The notes beneath the pieces are model-generated. The model saw only the letters and a program-made list of their open reading frames with translations. It did no database searches and was not told the origin of the DNA. The translations under genes and the position numbers were made by a program. From Fimbriimonadales bacterium (GTDB lineage Bacteria > Armatimonadota > Fimbriimonadia > Fimbriimonadales > Fimbriimonadaceae): a DNA stretch of 60,054 nt. Shown here in pieces: positions 33,788 to 42,352 of this stretch. The stretch lies in NCBI GenBank assembly GCA_038225245.1, contig JBBREX010000001.1, forward strand, positions 1 to 60,054. The letters are read 5' to 3'. Each line of letters opens with the position of its first letter. The first letter of the stretch is position 1.

Positions 33788-35152
33788 ATGCTAGCGAGTT
33801 CCTTGTTTTTTCTCTTAACCGCGCAGGATGCGCCGATCATACAGCGTTGGGAGAAGCTCGTGACGCCCGGGCTCGCGTACGTCATGGAATTCGAGCCGAG
33901 CGTGCCGAGAATAACCCATGCCTTTCGGATCAACCTCCTGTCGACTCAGCTTTCCTTGCGGCCAGAACTAGCCAAGCTGAAAGTTTACGAAGCAGACGAA
34001 ACCAAAGGGCGTGAAACCTTGTCTTCGCTGGTTAAACGAACGGGCGCCTTGGCGGCAATCAATGGAGATTTCTTTCCTTTCACGGGTGATCCCCTTGGGA
34101 TCATGATTCGGGCGGGAGAACTTCTGAGCCGCCCGTTTCCAAGCCGAGCCGCCTTCGGCTGGGGGCCCGGCGCAGCCTCCTCCTTCGGCACCCTCGAGTG
34201 GCAAGCAGCCGTTCGTTTTCAAGATACCGAACTGAAGGTCAATGGCATCGACGAAGAATGTGGTCCGGAATCGCTCGTTCTAAACACGGTAGCAGCAGGG
34301 CTCGCTCTGGCAAAATCGCCTTGCGTCCACGCACTTTGTAGAATTGGCGGAGGCAGATTTACACCAATGTCGAGCGTCTCAGCTACGCTGGCACATTTCT
34401 TGTCCGACCAGGAGTCCGTCAGTGTGCCCGAAGGGTTTGCCATTCTCTCCGCCCGAGGTAAGGCGGCAACTCGCTTGATGAAATTGCATCAAGGCGATGC
34501 TCTTTCAATCAACATGTCGACAAGCGGATTCAATTGGGCGACCATTAACGAAGCAATCGGAGGAGGCCCTTGGTTGCTGAGCAAGGGAATACCTAAGGTC
34601 GATTGGCAAGAGGAGGGTTTCAAAGCTTCTTTTGCTCAGAAAAGACATCCTCGAACCGCGATTGGGCGGAATTCAACAGGTGACCTCTGGCTCGTCGTCG
34701 TCGACGGCAGACAAACGATCAGCGACGGGGCAACGCTTGCCGAAATGGCCCAAGTTATGAAGCGCTTAGGATGCATTGACGCGATCAATCTAGACGGAGG
34801 CGGGAGCACGACTTTCGATCTTTTAGGAACCTCGCTAAACCGTCCAAGTGAGGGTGTGGAACGGCCCATCAGCAACGCCTTGCTGGTATTCGGACAGCCA
34901 GACGTGATATCGACCGAGGAAATGGCGATTCATGGCCCCAACCAAATTGCCGGCAGCGCGGACTACTCGGTGGTCGGTACGAATGGGCGTACCGTGCCCA
35001 ATGCCGAGGTCTTTTGGTCGAGCAAGGGCACTGCTTGGGTCGATCAGGGTGGGACATTGCATGGAGTCAGTGCAGGATTAGCGAACCTCTCCGCGCTGGT
35101 GCACGGAAAGACCGTTACAGCTCAGGTTCAAGTCGAACAAGGAGAGTCCTAA
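33788..35152 (+). CDS. Phosphodiester glycosidase (DUF2233/NAGPA-like) family protein with a C-terminal Ig-like domain
   Basis: ..AAINGDFF.., ..RTAIGRNSTGDLWLVVVDGRQ..GATLAEMAQVMKRLGCIDAINLDGGGS are present. Confidence 0.75.
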   Translation: MLASSLFFLLTAQDAPIIQRWEKLVTPGLAYVMEFEPSVPRITHAFRINLLSTQLSLRPELAKLKVYEADETKGRETLSSLVKRTGALAAINGDFFPFTGDPLGIMIRAGELLSRPFPSRAAFGWGPGAASSFGTLEWQAAVRFQDTELKVNGIDEECGPESLVLNTVAAGLALAKSPCVHALCRIGGGRFTPMSSVSATLAHFLSDQESVSVPEGFAILSARGKAATRLMKLHQGDALSINMSTSGFNWATINEAIGGGPWLLSKGIPKVDWQEEGFKASFAQKRHPRTAIGRNSTGDLWLVVVDGRQTISDGATLAEMAQVMKRLGCIDAINLDGGGSTTFDLLGTSLNRPSEGVERPISNALLVFGQPDVISTEEMAIHGPNQIAGSADYSVVGTNGRTVPNAEVFWSSKGTAWVDQGGTLHGVSAGLANLSALVHGKTVTAQVQVEQGES

Positions 35153-35156
35153 CAAG

Positions 35157-35501
35157 GTGATCATCTCGATCGGAATCGACCTCGTGGAAATCGAACGAAT
35201 TCGTCGAGCGATGGCTAACCCGCGTTTCGCGGAACGGATCCTCAGCTCGCGGGAAAAGGTAGAAACTATGTCTCCGGCGAAGATGGCAGGTCGATGGGCG
35301 GCCAAGGAAGCCATCGTTAAGTGTTGGCCCCAAGTTCTGCGCTGGCAAGACATCGAGATTACAAGCGGAGAATCAGGCGCACCCCAACCAAAGATTCTGG
35401 CGCCTACTGACGAAATTGGAAAGTATCAATTGCACCTGAGCATTACACACGAGCGAACGCATGCCGCCGCATTCGCCGTACTCGAATGCTTCGATCAATA
35501 G
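35157..35501 (+). CDS. acpS: Holo-ACP synthase
   Basis: IISIGIDLVEIERI... and ..WAAKEAIVKC.. are present. The start is a GTG. Confidence 0.9.
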   Translation: MIISIGIDLVEIERIRRAMANPRFAERILSSREKVETMSPAKMAGRWAAKEAIVKCWPQVLRWQDIEITSGESGAPQPKILAPTDEIGKYQLHLSITHERTHAAAFAVLECFDQ

Positions 35502-35550
35502 TATTCCTGTTACTTGCGTAACCTCAGGAAGCCTGCAAATGGATCTATCT

Positions 35551-37578
35551 TTATCGAGCCAATTTTGTCTTCCCGATAGCATAACGTGCGAACAAGTTGA
35601 ATATGAGAATGATGAGCAAGAGGACGAATGCCCCTGCCCAAGCCTGGCGGACCCAATCATCGTAGGGCGTGATCGCATATTGGTAGATCTTCATGGTGAG
35701 GGAAGACACAGGTTGACTTGGATTCACATTGAGTTGGTCGTTGCCAAACGCGGTAAAGAGAAGAGGCGCAGTTTCGCCTGCGACGCGGGCAATAGCTAAC
35801 ATGACTCCAGCTAAAATTCCGCTTTTCGCCGCAGGAATGATCAGCGTCAAGATCGTCTGTACCTTAGTCGCGCCAAGCCCTGAAGCTGCTTCGCGGTAGG
35901 CGATCGGAACGAGGCGAAGCATCTCTTCCGTGGTGCGAGCGATGGTTGGCACCATCATAACTGCTAAAGCGGCCCCACCAGCCCAAGCAGAAAAGTGCCC
36001 GAAAGGTAGTACGAACGCTGCGTAAGCAAAAAGACCGATCACGACCGATGGAATTCCGTTTAGAACGTCGGCGGCGAAGCGAACAAGACCCCCTATCCAG
36101 CTGTTTCCAAATTCGGCCACAAACACACCAGCCATGAGGCCCAAGGGAATTCCGATTGCGCCGGCGATCGCTATGAGTTCAAGAGTGCCAAACACGGCAT
36201 TTTTGAAGCCGCCCCCCGGCACACCCGGCGGCCTCGGCAACTCTGTAAAAAGGTTCAATGAAAGGCCCTTTATTCCCTGGGCGGCCACGTATATCAGCAC
36301 CGCCCCAAGAACGCAACACACCAGAAAGGCGCTGAGCGAGGCGATCCATCGTACAGCGGTGTTTAGGCCATTGCGTAAACGCCGCTCCGTGGTCTTGCCC
36401 CCTAAGTAATGAAGCAGGAAAGCAAGAACGATTCCGCTGCAAAGGAGTAACTCAAAACCTCCAAGAAGGGCTCTGGGACCTTTCGCCTTCACGTCGCTCA
36501 CCACTTGAAGACCAATGAATCCAAAAATTGCCGCGCGAAACGCATATCTCCCTGCCAAATCCAGGCCGGCCCGAGCTTTTTCCAATAGAGAGGGAATTCC
36601 GTGACTGCTTGCCGTGATACGCTTCGTCGTCAGAATAAGGAGTGCTCTAGCCATACCCGTAACCAACACAGTTACGATAAATAGAACGAGGGCAATTTCC
36701 AGGAGCGCGGACCGCTGCAAATTGTCGTTATATGCCTCGTTAAACTGATTTGCGAGCAAGGCCGGCAGCGTGTAGCCCGATTGAAGCAGGGATGCTTTGA
36801 CCTGCGGTGTATTGCCAATAACCATAACGACCGCCATCGTTTCGCCGATTGCGCGTCCAAGACCGAGAACCACCGCGCCCGTAATGCCGCTTCGTGCTTC
36901 GGGAAGAACGATATTCCTAAGCGTTTCCCACTGTGTCGCCCCTAGCCCTAAAGAAGCTTCACGCGTTCCCCGCGGGACGGTCTGGATCACTTCTCTTGAG
37001 ACGGACGTGATGATCGGCATGATCATAATGGCGAGAATGATTCCAGCTGCAAGCATATTGGTGAGCACGGGCGGCCCGGCGAAGAGTGGATTTGCACCCA
37101 GGTGAGCCGCCAGCCATGGGCTCACGTGTGCTTGGAGAAGCGGGCAGAGCACGATGAAACCCCAAAGGCCGTAAACAATACTCGGAATGGCGGCAAGAAG
37201 CTCGATGACGAAAGACACAGGGCCCGCCAGCCACCGAGGAGCAACTTCAGTTAGAAAGAGCGCCGCGCCAACGCTTATCGGCACAGCAATGATCAGCGCT
37301 AGCGTCGAACTTAACAGGGTCCCGAAAATAAATGTGGACGCGCCATAGACTTCATGAGGCACGTCCCACACCGAATGGGTAAGAAATCCAAGACCATACC
37401 GGGATCTGGTTAGAGCCGAATCGCGGAACAATCTCAGTCCGATCCAGCCTATGAGGAGAATTACGCTTAATGCGAACGCATTGGAAATATATTCAAAAAG
37501 GAGTCCCTGGATGCGGATCCGCAAACGCCCCTTGCTGAATTTCGAGGAGGCAACAGCGATTCGGTTTGACGCATCCAT
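35551..37578 (-). CDS. pstCA: Phosphate ABC transporter permease, fused PstC-PstA
   Basis: It is 675 aa with two permease halves, each carrying an EAA loop (EASLGLGATQWETLRNIVLPEARSGI and EAASGLGATKVQTILTLIIPAAKSGI). Confidence 0.9.
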   Translation of the reverse strand: MDASNRIAVASSKFSKGRLRIRIQGLLFEYISNAFALSVILLIGWIGLRLFRDSALTRSRYGLGFLTHSVWDVPHEVYGASTFIFGTLLSSTLALIIAVPISVGAALFLTEVAPRWLAGPVSFVIELLAAIPSIVYGLWGFIVLCPLLQAHVSPWLAAHLGANPLFAGPPVLTNMLAAGIILAIMIMPIITSVSREVIQTVPRGTREASLGLGATQWETLRNIVLPEARSGITGAVVLGLGRAIGETMAVVMVIGNTPQVKASLLQSGYTLPALLANQFNEAYNDNLQRSALLEIALVLFIVTVLVTGMARALLILTTKRITASSHGIPSLLEKARAGLDLAGRYAFRAAIFGFIGLQVVSDVKAKGPRALLGGFELLLCSGIVLAFLLHYLGGKTTERRLRNGLNTAVRWIASLSAFLVCCVLGAVLIYVAAQGIKGLSLNLFTELPRPPGVPGGGFKNAVFGTLELIAIAGAIGIPLGLMAGVFVAEFGNSWIGGLVRFAADVLNGIPSVVIGLFAYAAFVLPFGHFSAWAGGAALAVMMVPTIARTTEEMLRLVPIAYREAASGLGATKVQTILTLIIPAAKSGILAGVMLAIARVAGETAPLLFTAFGNDQLNVNPSQPVSSLTMKIYQYAITPYDDWVRQAWAGAFVLLLIILIFNLFARYAIGKTKLAR

Positions 37579-37606
37579 CGATCAAAATTGGGATGGAGTG
37601 ACTAGG

Positions 37607-38728
37607 TTATTTCGACTTAGTGCTCGAGGAAATACTCTCCAAGGCAGCGGCGTTTAAATCTAGAACCGCCTTCGGAAGGGGAGCATATTGGAGTTGCGTG
37701 GCCATTTCCTGGCCGGGCCCGAGGACCCACTTAATGAAATCAACTACCGCTTTTCCCTTCGATGCGTCCTTAGGAGTTTTGGCCACGAGAACGTAAGTAA
37801 AGCCCGCTATCGGGTAAGCGTCCTTCGTTTCCCCATTTACGATCGACACTCGAATATCCTGCTTCATCCGGCTCACCGCTGCCTCTGCCGCCGCCGTGGT
37901 GCTTGGAATCGTGGCCTCGACATAGTTGCCGCTCTTATTGCGGATTGGACCATAGGTTAACTTCGTTTGCACGGCGTAAGCCAACTCGATGTAGCCAATG
38001 GCTCCTGGAGTTTGCTTAATGAGTCCGGCGACCCCCTCGTTGCCTTTCCCGCCTATGCCGACAGGCCAATTTACACTCTTGCCCAACCCCGGGCCTGCTT
38101 TCCATTCAGGGGATATCGAGGACAGGTAATCGGTGAAAACGTAGGTCGTGCCTGACCCATCAGAGCGATGCGTGACCGTGATCGGAGCCGCAGGCAAATT
38201 CATGCCGACGTTCTGCTGAGCGATTCGAGGATCGTTCCATAAAGAGATCTTATGAAGGTAAATGTCGGCAATAACGTCGCCAGAAAGTTTTAGGCCGTTA
38301 TTAATCCCGGCAAGGTTGTACGCCAAAACCTCGCATCCTGCGGTAACCGGTATGTGGAGCGTAGGTATTGGCATTTCAGCTTGCTCTTTGTCGGAAAGCG
38401 GTGCGTCCGTGGCTCCAAAATCCACCGTTCCAGCTTTATATTGAGCAATGCCTGCTCCAGAGCCGACCGATTGGTAGTTGACTGCAGCGTTAGGATTCGC
38501 CTGCGAATAGGCGTAAGTCCATTTCGACATGGCCGGCATTACAAAGGTCGATCCGGCCCCCGTGATTGGCACGCTGATCTCTTTGCCTGCAGTGGATGCG
38601 GTCGCTCCTGGTGCGGATGAGCTCGGCCCAGTGCACCCTCCCAGAAGTACCACCATCGACGGCAATACAAATCCGCCGATGCTATTCCACCTTCTCCGCG
38701 ATATTGTCCGCTCTTTAATTGTTCTCAT
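37607..38728 (-). CDS. pstS: Phosphate-binding protein PstS (lipoprotein-type signal)
   Basis: ..ITGAGSTFV.P....W...Y.., ..VTHRSDGSGTT.. are present, and a signal peptide with GGC. Confidence 0.9.
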   Translation of the reverse strand: MRTIKERTISRRRWNSIGGFVLPSMVVLLGGCTGPSSSAPGATASTAGKEISVPITGAGSTFVMPAMSKWTYAYSQANPNAAVNYQSVGSGAGIAQYKAGTVDFGATDAPLSDKEQAEMPIPTLHIPVTAGCEVLAYNLAGINNGLKLSGDVIADIYLHKISLWNDPRIAQQNVGMNLPAAPITVTHRSDGSGTTYVFTDYLSSISPEWKAGPGLGKSVNWPVGIGGKGNEGVAGLIKQTPGAIGYIELAYAVQTKLTYGPIRNKSGNYVEATIPSTTAAAEAAVSRMKQDIRVSIVNGETKDAYPIAGFTYVLVAKTPKDASKGKAVVDFIKWVLGPGQEMATQLQYAPLPKAVLDLNAAALESISSSTKSK

Positions 38729-38830
38729 ATGCGTAGCTCCTCATGACGAAATTACCTATCGATTATTAAGAAAGGGTTAACAATTTGCTCGATGGTTGGG
38801 GTGGTAGCTACAGGGCGCTTCAGGAGTTGC

Positions 38831-38851
38831 TCGCAATATTCGTCGCAATAT
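38831..38851. promoter_or_regulatory. Direct repeat TCGCAATAT x2 with 12-bp period upstream of pstS (Pho-box-like architecture)
   Basis: Read directly. It lies 103-123 nt upstream of the pstS start, between tRNA-Lys and pstS. Confidence 0.3.
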
Positions 38852-38878
38852 GGCCGCGAAAGGTCCTTATAGATGGAG

Positions 38879-38951
38879 TGAGCCGGCTGGGACTCGAACC
38901 CAGGACCCACGCCTTAAAAGGGCGTTGCTCTACCTACTGAGCTACCGGCTC
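38879..38951 (-). tRNA. tRNA-Lys (anticodon UUU)
   Basis: The minus strand reads GAGCCGGTAGCTCAGTAGGTAGAGCAACGCCCTTTTAAGGCGTGGGTCCTGGGTTCGAGTCCCAGCCGGCTCA. The anticodon stem is ACGCC/GGCGT with loop CTTTTAA. CCA is not encoded. Confidence 0.9.
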
Positions 38952-39007
38952 GGGACGAAGCGATAGGATACCTTCGGACGCACTGATAGGCGGGACCCCG
39001 GACCCTC

Positions 39008-41284
39008 TTATTCCTGCTCCGCGAAGCGCGTCAGCGAAGCAACGAATGCGCACCCTGAGGGGTTGGTCATGAGGCTTGGCGGTTGACAACCCAGACCGCC
39101 GTAGGGCCGCACCGTCGTCAGGAACACTCGGCAGTCGCCAATTTCCATCATAACGAGAATAGGATGCTCGGCATAGGTTCTCATATCGACCCTTCGGAGC
39201 AGGATCTGAAAAGGAAACCCTAAGGAGGAAAGCCATTCGGGGTCTATGACGCAATCAGGGCTGATCGGAAGCCATCTCTCCCAGTCGTCCCGCATCTGCA
39301 TTTGGTCCCAAAAGGGATGGTCGAGAAACTCGTACGCTGATTCGCGCCAAAAAGGCATGCCAAGCGTGTGCTCATGGTTGAGAAAAACGAGGGCGGCGGC
39401 GGCCCCTTTGATTTGGTCAATGGTCTCATTCGTCCAGCCCGTAGTGATTACATTTCCAGTCCCGGAAAGGTCCAATCCTAACAGCTTCTCGTTATCCGTG
39501 ACTGACCATTTGGTGAATGTCTCCCAGTTCGGCCTTTCGTGAATGCATATCCGCCATCGATTGTGGTTTTCCCCGAAGCGTACATTTAGCACGTATCGTC
39601 CAGGTGATCTAGGCTCCCAAAAAATCTGGCCTGTTTCCAATGCCTCGAGCGCCGGAATCGAGCAAACCTCGGAAAACCCCTCCGCAACCTTGACATCCGA
39701 GTCGTCGGTAATGTGCCAATCCATGCGGGCAGAAGCTCCTTTCTCCGAAGCACAGCCGATTCTCCACAGAATGGGCTCGACAAACCAATTGAAGGAGTCT
39801 CGCCAACCAGGCCGATTGCCGCCCTTGACCCAGGGCGGACCTCGCTGAGGAATGATGAACAAACACTCAGCGGAGTTCCACTCTCGCACGACTTCGGGCT
39901 CGAATCTAGGCTTATCCCAATCGTCAAAAAAACCGGACGTCGAAATCGGTGTGTCGCGCCAACCTGTAATGACATATCCGCCGATAGCATCTCGCGACCG
40001 CACCGCCTCCTGAACAAATTTGCGAACAAACTGAGCCTTGCTGAGCGAAGAGTCGGCCAGCGCCTGAGCCCGCACGGAGTTTTCAACCTTTGCCAACGGC
40101 GAAGTTTCCAGAACGTCGGGCAAGTCGTGCAGCCATCGAACCCCTTTGTCGTTCAGGGCTGGATCGGCGCTGGACCAATAGGGGCTTTCTTTGGCCAACC
40201 GCACAAGATCGCGATGGACATCGATGTCGTTGAATTCGCCCAGTAACGCTGGCCGTGCGGTGCGAGGACCCGGCAATAGAGAATCGAGCACGGCCGGGTA
40301 GAAGGGCGTGTCGCAGTAAGGATGAAAATCCTCGAAATCACCATATTCCCTGGGGTCGCCCCCATACATTTCCGCTCCACCCGAGTTGTCTTTAACGAGA
40401 GGGCTGTCGGTTACGGCTTTCACCATCTGGACAAGGCCTTTTCGGAATTCTGGAGTAGTCGAGTCTGATAGCTCGCAGCCAATAGTCCAAAGCAGAATAT
40501 TTTGATGATGGCGATATTGGAGGACGATTCTCTCTAGTTCCTTTCCGATCGCATCAAGTTTTCCTGGGTCAGACACCGGATTCCACAGAGGCAACTCGAT
40601 CCAGGCGTGCATTTGATTCTTCTCAAGCTCCTCCAGATAACCATGTGGTGGAATCCACAGGCAAAACTTCACCAGATTGAAATTAAAGAGCTTGGCAACT
40701 GCGATCTCGTCCCTAATTTTGGAGATCGGAGGATTTGGATGTCCTAGGTTCGGATACCATCCCCAATGCAAAAGTCCCCGAATGTATATGGGCTTTCCGT
40801 CATAGTAAATCTCGCGCCCTTCGACCTTGGCTTTCGGCCTAAGCGAGGGCGAGGAGCACAAGGGATTCTCGCTCGATTCAATGAGCTCGACTTCGCGATA
40901 GATTCCCCCAAACGTGTGAAAGACATAAGGCAGGAATCCACTCGCCACTGCGTTCACCGGGAACTTGGAACCGCCATTCTTGATCACCAAAACTTCGACC
41001 TGGATGTGCTCGCCACTAAACGGCCCCAGGTCCACGCTAAAAGCATCCCAAAGACCTTGGTGATTGCACCTTGGCCTGCCCTCAATCAGTACTTCGGCGG
41101 CATAGCTGACGCCATGAAAGACGAGCCAGCAATGATCACCCGGGACTTGCAACGAGCAACTGTATCGAGCCGGTCCTTCCCAGACTACCGGCACGTCTAG
41201 ATTCCAAGCGTGGGGAACAGCTACAGCTCGTAGGCCACGGCCATCGTTATAGTCGATCATCCAGTCCCTTAGGAAACGAGCCAT
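39008..41284 (-). CDS. Glycoside hydrolase family 2-like protein (cytoplasmic, no signal peptide)
   Basis: A GH2 N-terminal sugar-binding pattern is present (..WLVFHGVSYAAEVLIEGRPRCNHQGLWDAFSVDL..). The TIM-barrel acid/base region reads HHQNILLWTIGCELS where W-S-x-G-N-E is usual. The nucleophile-like region is LLGEFN. Confidence 0.75.
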   Translation of the reverse strand: MARFLRDWMIDYNDGRGLRAVAVPHAWNLDVPVVWEGPARYSCSLQVPGDHCWLVFHGVSYAAEVLIEGRPRCNHQGLWDAFSVDLGPFSGEHIQVEVLVIKNGGSKFPVNAVASGFLPYVFHTFGGIYREVELIESSENPLCSSPSLRPKAKVEGREIYYDGKPIYIRGLLHWGWYPNLGHPNPPISKIRDEIAVAKLFNFNLVKFCLWIPPHGYLEELEKNQMHAWIELPLWNPVSDPGKLDAIGKELERIVLQYRHHQNILLWTIGCELSDSTTPEFRKGLVQMVKAVTDSPLVKDNSGGAEMYGGDPREYGDFEDFHPYCDTPFYPAVLDSLLPGPRTARPALLGEFNDIDVHRDLVRLAKESPYWSSADPALNDKGVRWLHDLPDVLETSPLAKVENSVRAQALADSSLSKAQFVRKFVQEAVRSRDAIGGYVITGWRDTPISTSGFFDDWDKPRFEPEVVREWNSAECLFIIPQRGPPWVKGGNRPGWRDSFNWFVEPILWRIGCASEKGASARMDWHITDDSDVKVAEGFSEVCSIPALEALETGQIFWEPRSPGRYVLNVRFGENHNRWRICIHERPNWETFTKWSVTDNEKLLGLDLSGTGNVITTGWTNETIDQIKGAAAALVFLNHEHTLGMPFWRESAYEFLDHPFWDQMQMRDDWERWLPISPDCVIDPEWLSSLGFPFQILLRRVDMRTYAEHPILVMMEIGDCRVFLTTVRPYGGLGCQPPSLMTNPSGCAFVASLTRFAEQE

Positions 41285-41285
41285 A

Positions 41286-42347
41286 TCAGCGATCGATTGT
41301 AATAGTTCCCGGCTCGCCTTCCCGGCCGAGGATCGTGATGTGGATCGGCAAGAACTGCTTGATGACCCATGCCGTCGTTATCAGTCTTTGCGTAATCAGG
41401 GAAGTTTTGTAGCTGGTCTTGCCCTCGGCGAGGGCAGCCGGCAGCATGAGCTGGTCGGCTAAATAGGGATCTACGGTAGCGTCCGAGCTTAGCCAGGGCT
41501 GAAGCGGCTCAAACGCTCGTTGCACGATTTGCTCGATTCGGACGCCCCTGGCCCCAATTGCGGGAAAGCTCGCCATGCCCTTTTCGAATGAGACGATCAG
41601 GGTGACGAATGCACCAGGCTCTCTCGAATGAACCTCGATCGCTTCGCACTCAGCGGCAATGCCAATAGATTTGAAGGTCCTCTCAGATTCGGCCACGCCT
41701 CGCTCCCCGACATTCTCCGGCAGCTCTGAGGTGACGATAATAGCTTGCCCGCCGAGTAATGCTCCGCGCTTGGACCAATCAACGCTCTGCAGCCCGCTGG
41801 GCTCCACCTCAAGAGCGACCTCACCCTTTGCGCCATATCCGAACCCTGCTTTAATGAGGTTAGGATAGGCCACTAGTCCTTGCTTCCGATGAGCCGCCAA
41901 CGTTGATCGCTCGAACGCGTCGAAGGTCAGTGTGTTTGGGTTATAAGTCTCTCCGCATACGACGAGCCTGGAATAAGCTCCCGCACGCGCAAGCACCGGC
42001 AACAGGGATTCGAGCACGATGAGAGCGTTGCCGGGGACGATTCCTTTTTCATGGGCTTGCACGTCCAGCTTGTGGTTCAATGACCGTGGAAGATGGTGGG
42101 GTTGGAACGTGACGCTTGCCGACTCGAGCTCATCCCCGGAAAGTTGAGCCGAGCACGACATCTCCAGAGCGCGCAGGAAAGTGAGGTCCTCCGAATTCAA
42201 CCCAGGGCGCCGGGTGGCTCCGCGAATCGAGTGGATTCGAACGGATTGCAAAGTTAGAGCGGCAACTGCGAGGGCGGTCCGAAAGAGAGCTCCTCCTCCT
42301 TCGCCGTGGGAGCCGTTTAGAACAAGAGGCGCCTCCTCTTTCGCCAT
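41286..42347 (-). CDS. RNA 3'-terminal-phosphate cyclase (RtcA) family protein lacking the catalytic histidine
   Basis: LNGSHGEGGGALFRTALAVAAL and PYLADQLMLPAALA match the RtcA motifs. The segment equivalent to E. coli ..SCHLLTN.. reads ..TQRLITT... The start is taken at MAKEE (42347), 5 nt after the upstream stop. Confidence 0.8.
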   Translation of the reverse strand: MAKEEAPLVLNGSHGEGGGALFRTALAVAALTLQSVRIHSIRGATRRPGLNSEDLTFLRALEMSCSAQLSGDELESASVTFQPHHLPRSLNHKLDVQAHEKGIVPGNALIVLESLLPVLARAGAYSRLVVCGETYNPNTLTFDAFERSTLAAHRKQGLVAYPNLIKAGFGYGAKGEVALEVEPSGLQSVDWSKRGALLGGQAIIVTSELPENVGERGVAESERTFKSIGIAAECEAIEVHSREPGAFVTLIVSFEKGMASFPAIGARGVRIEQIVQRAFEPLQPWLSSDATVDPYLADQLMLPAALAEGKTSYKTSLITQRLITTAWVIKQFLPIHITILGREGEPGTITIDR

Positions 42348-42352
42348 AATCC

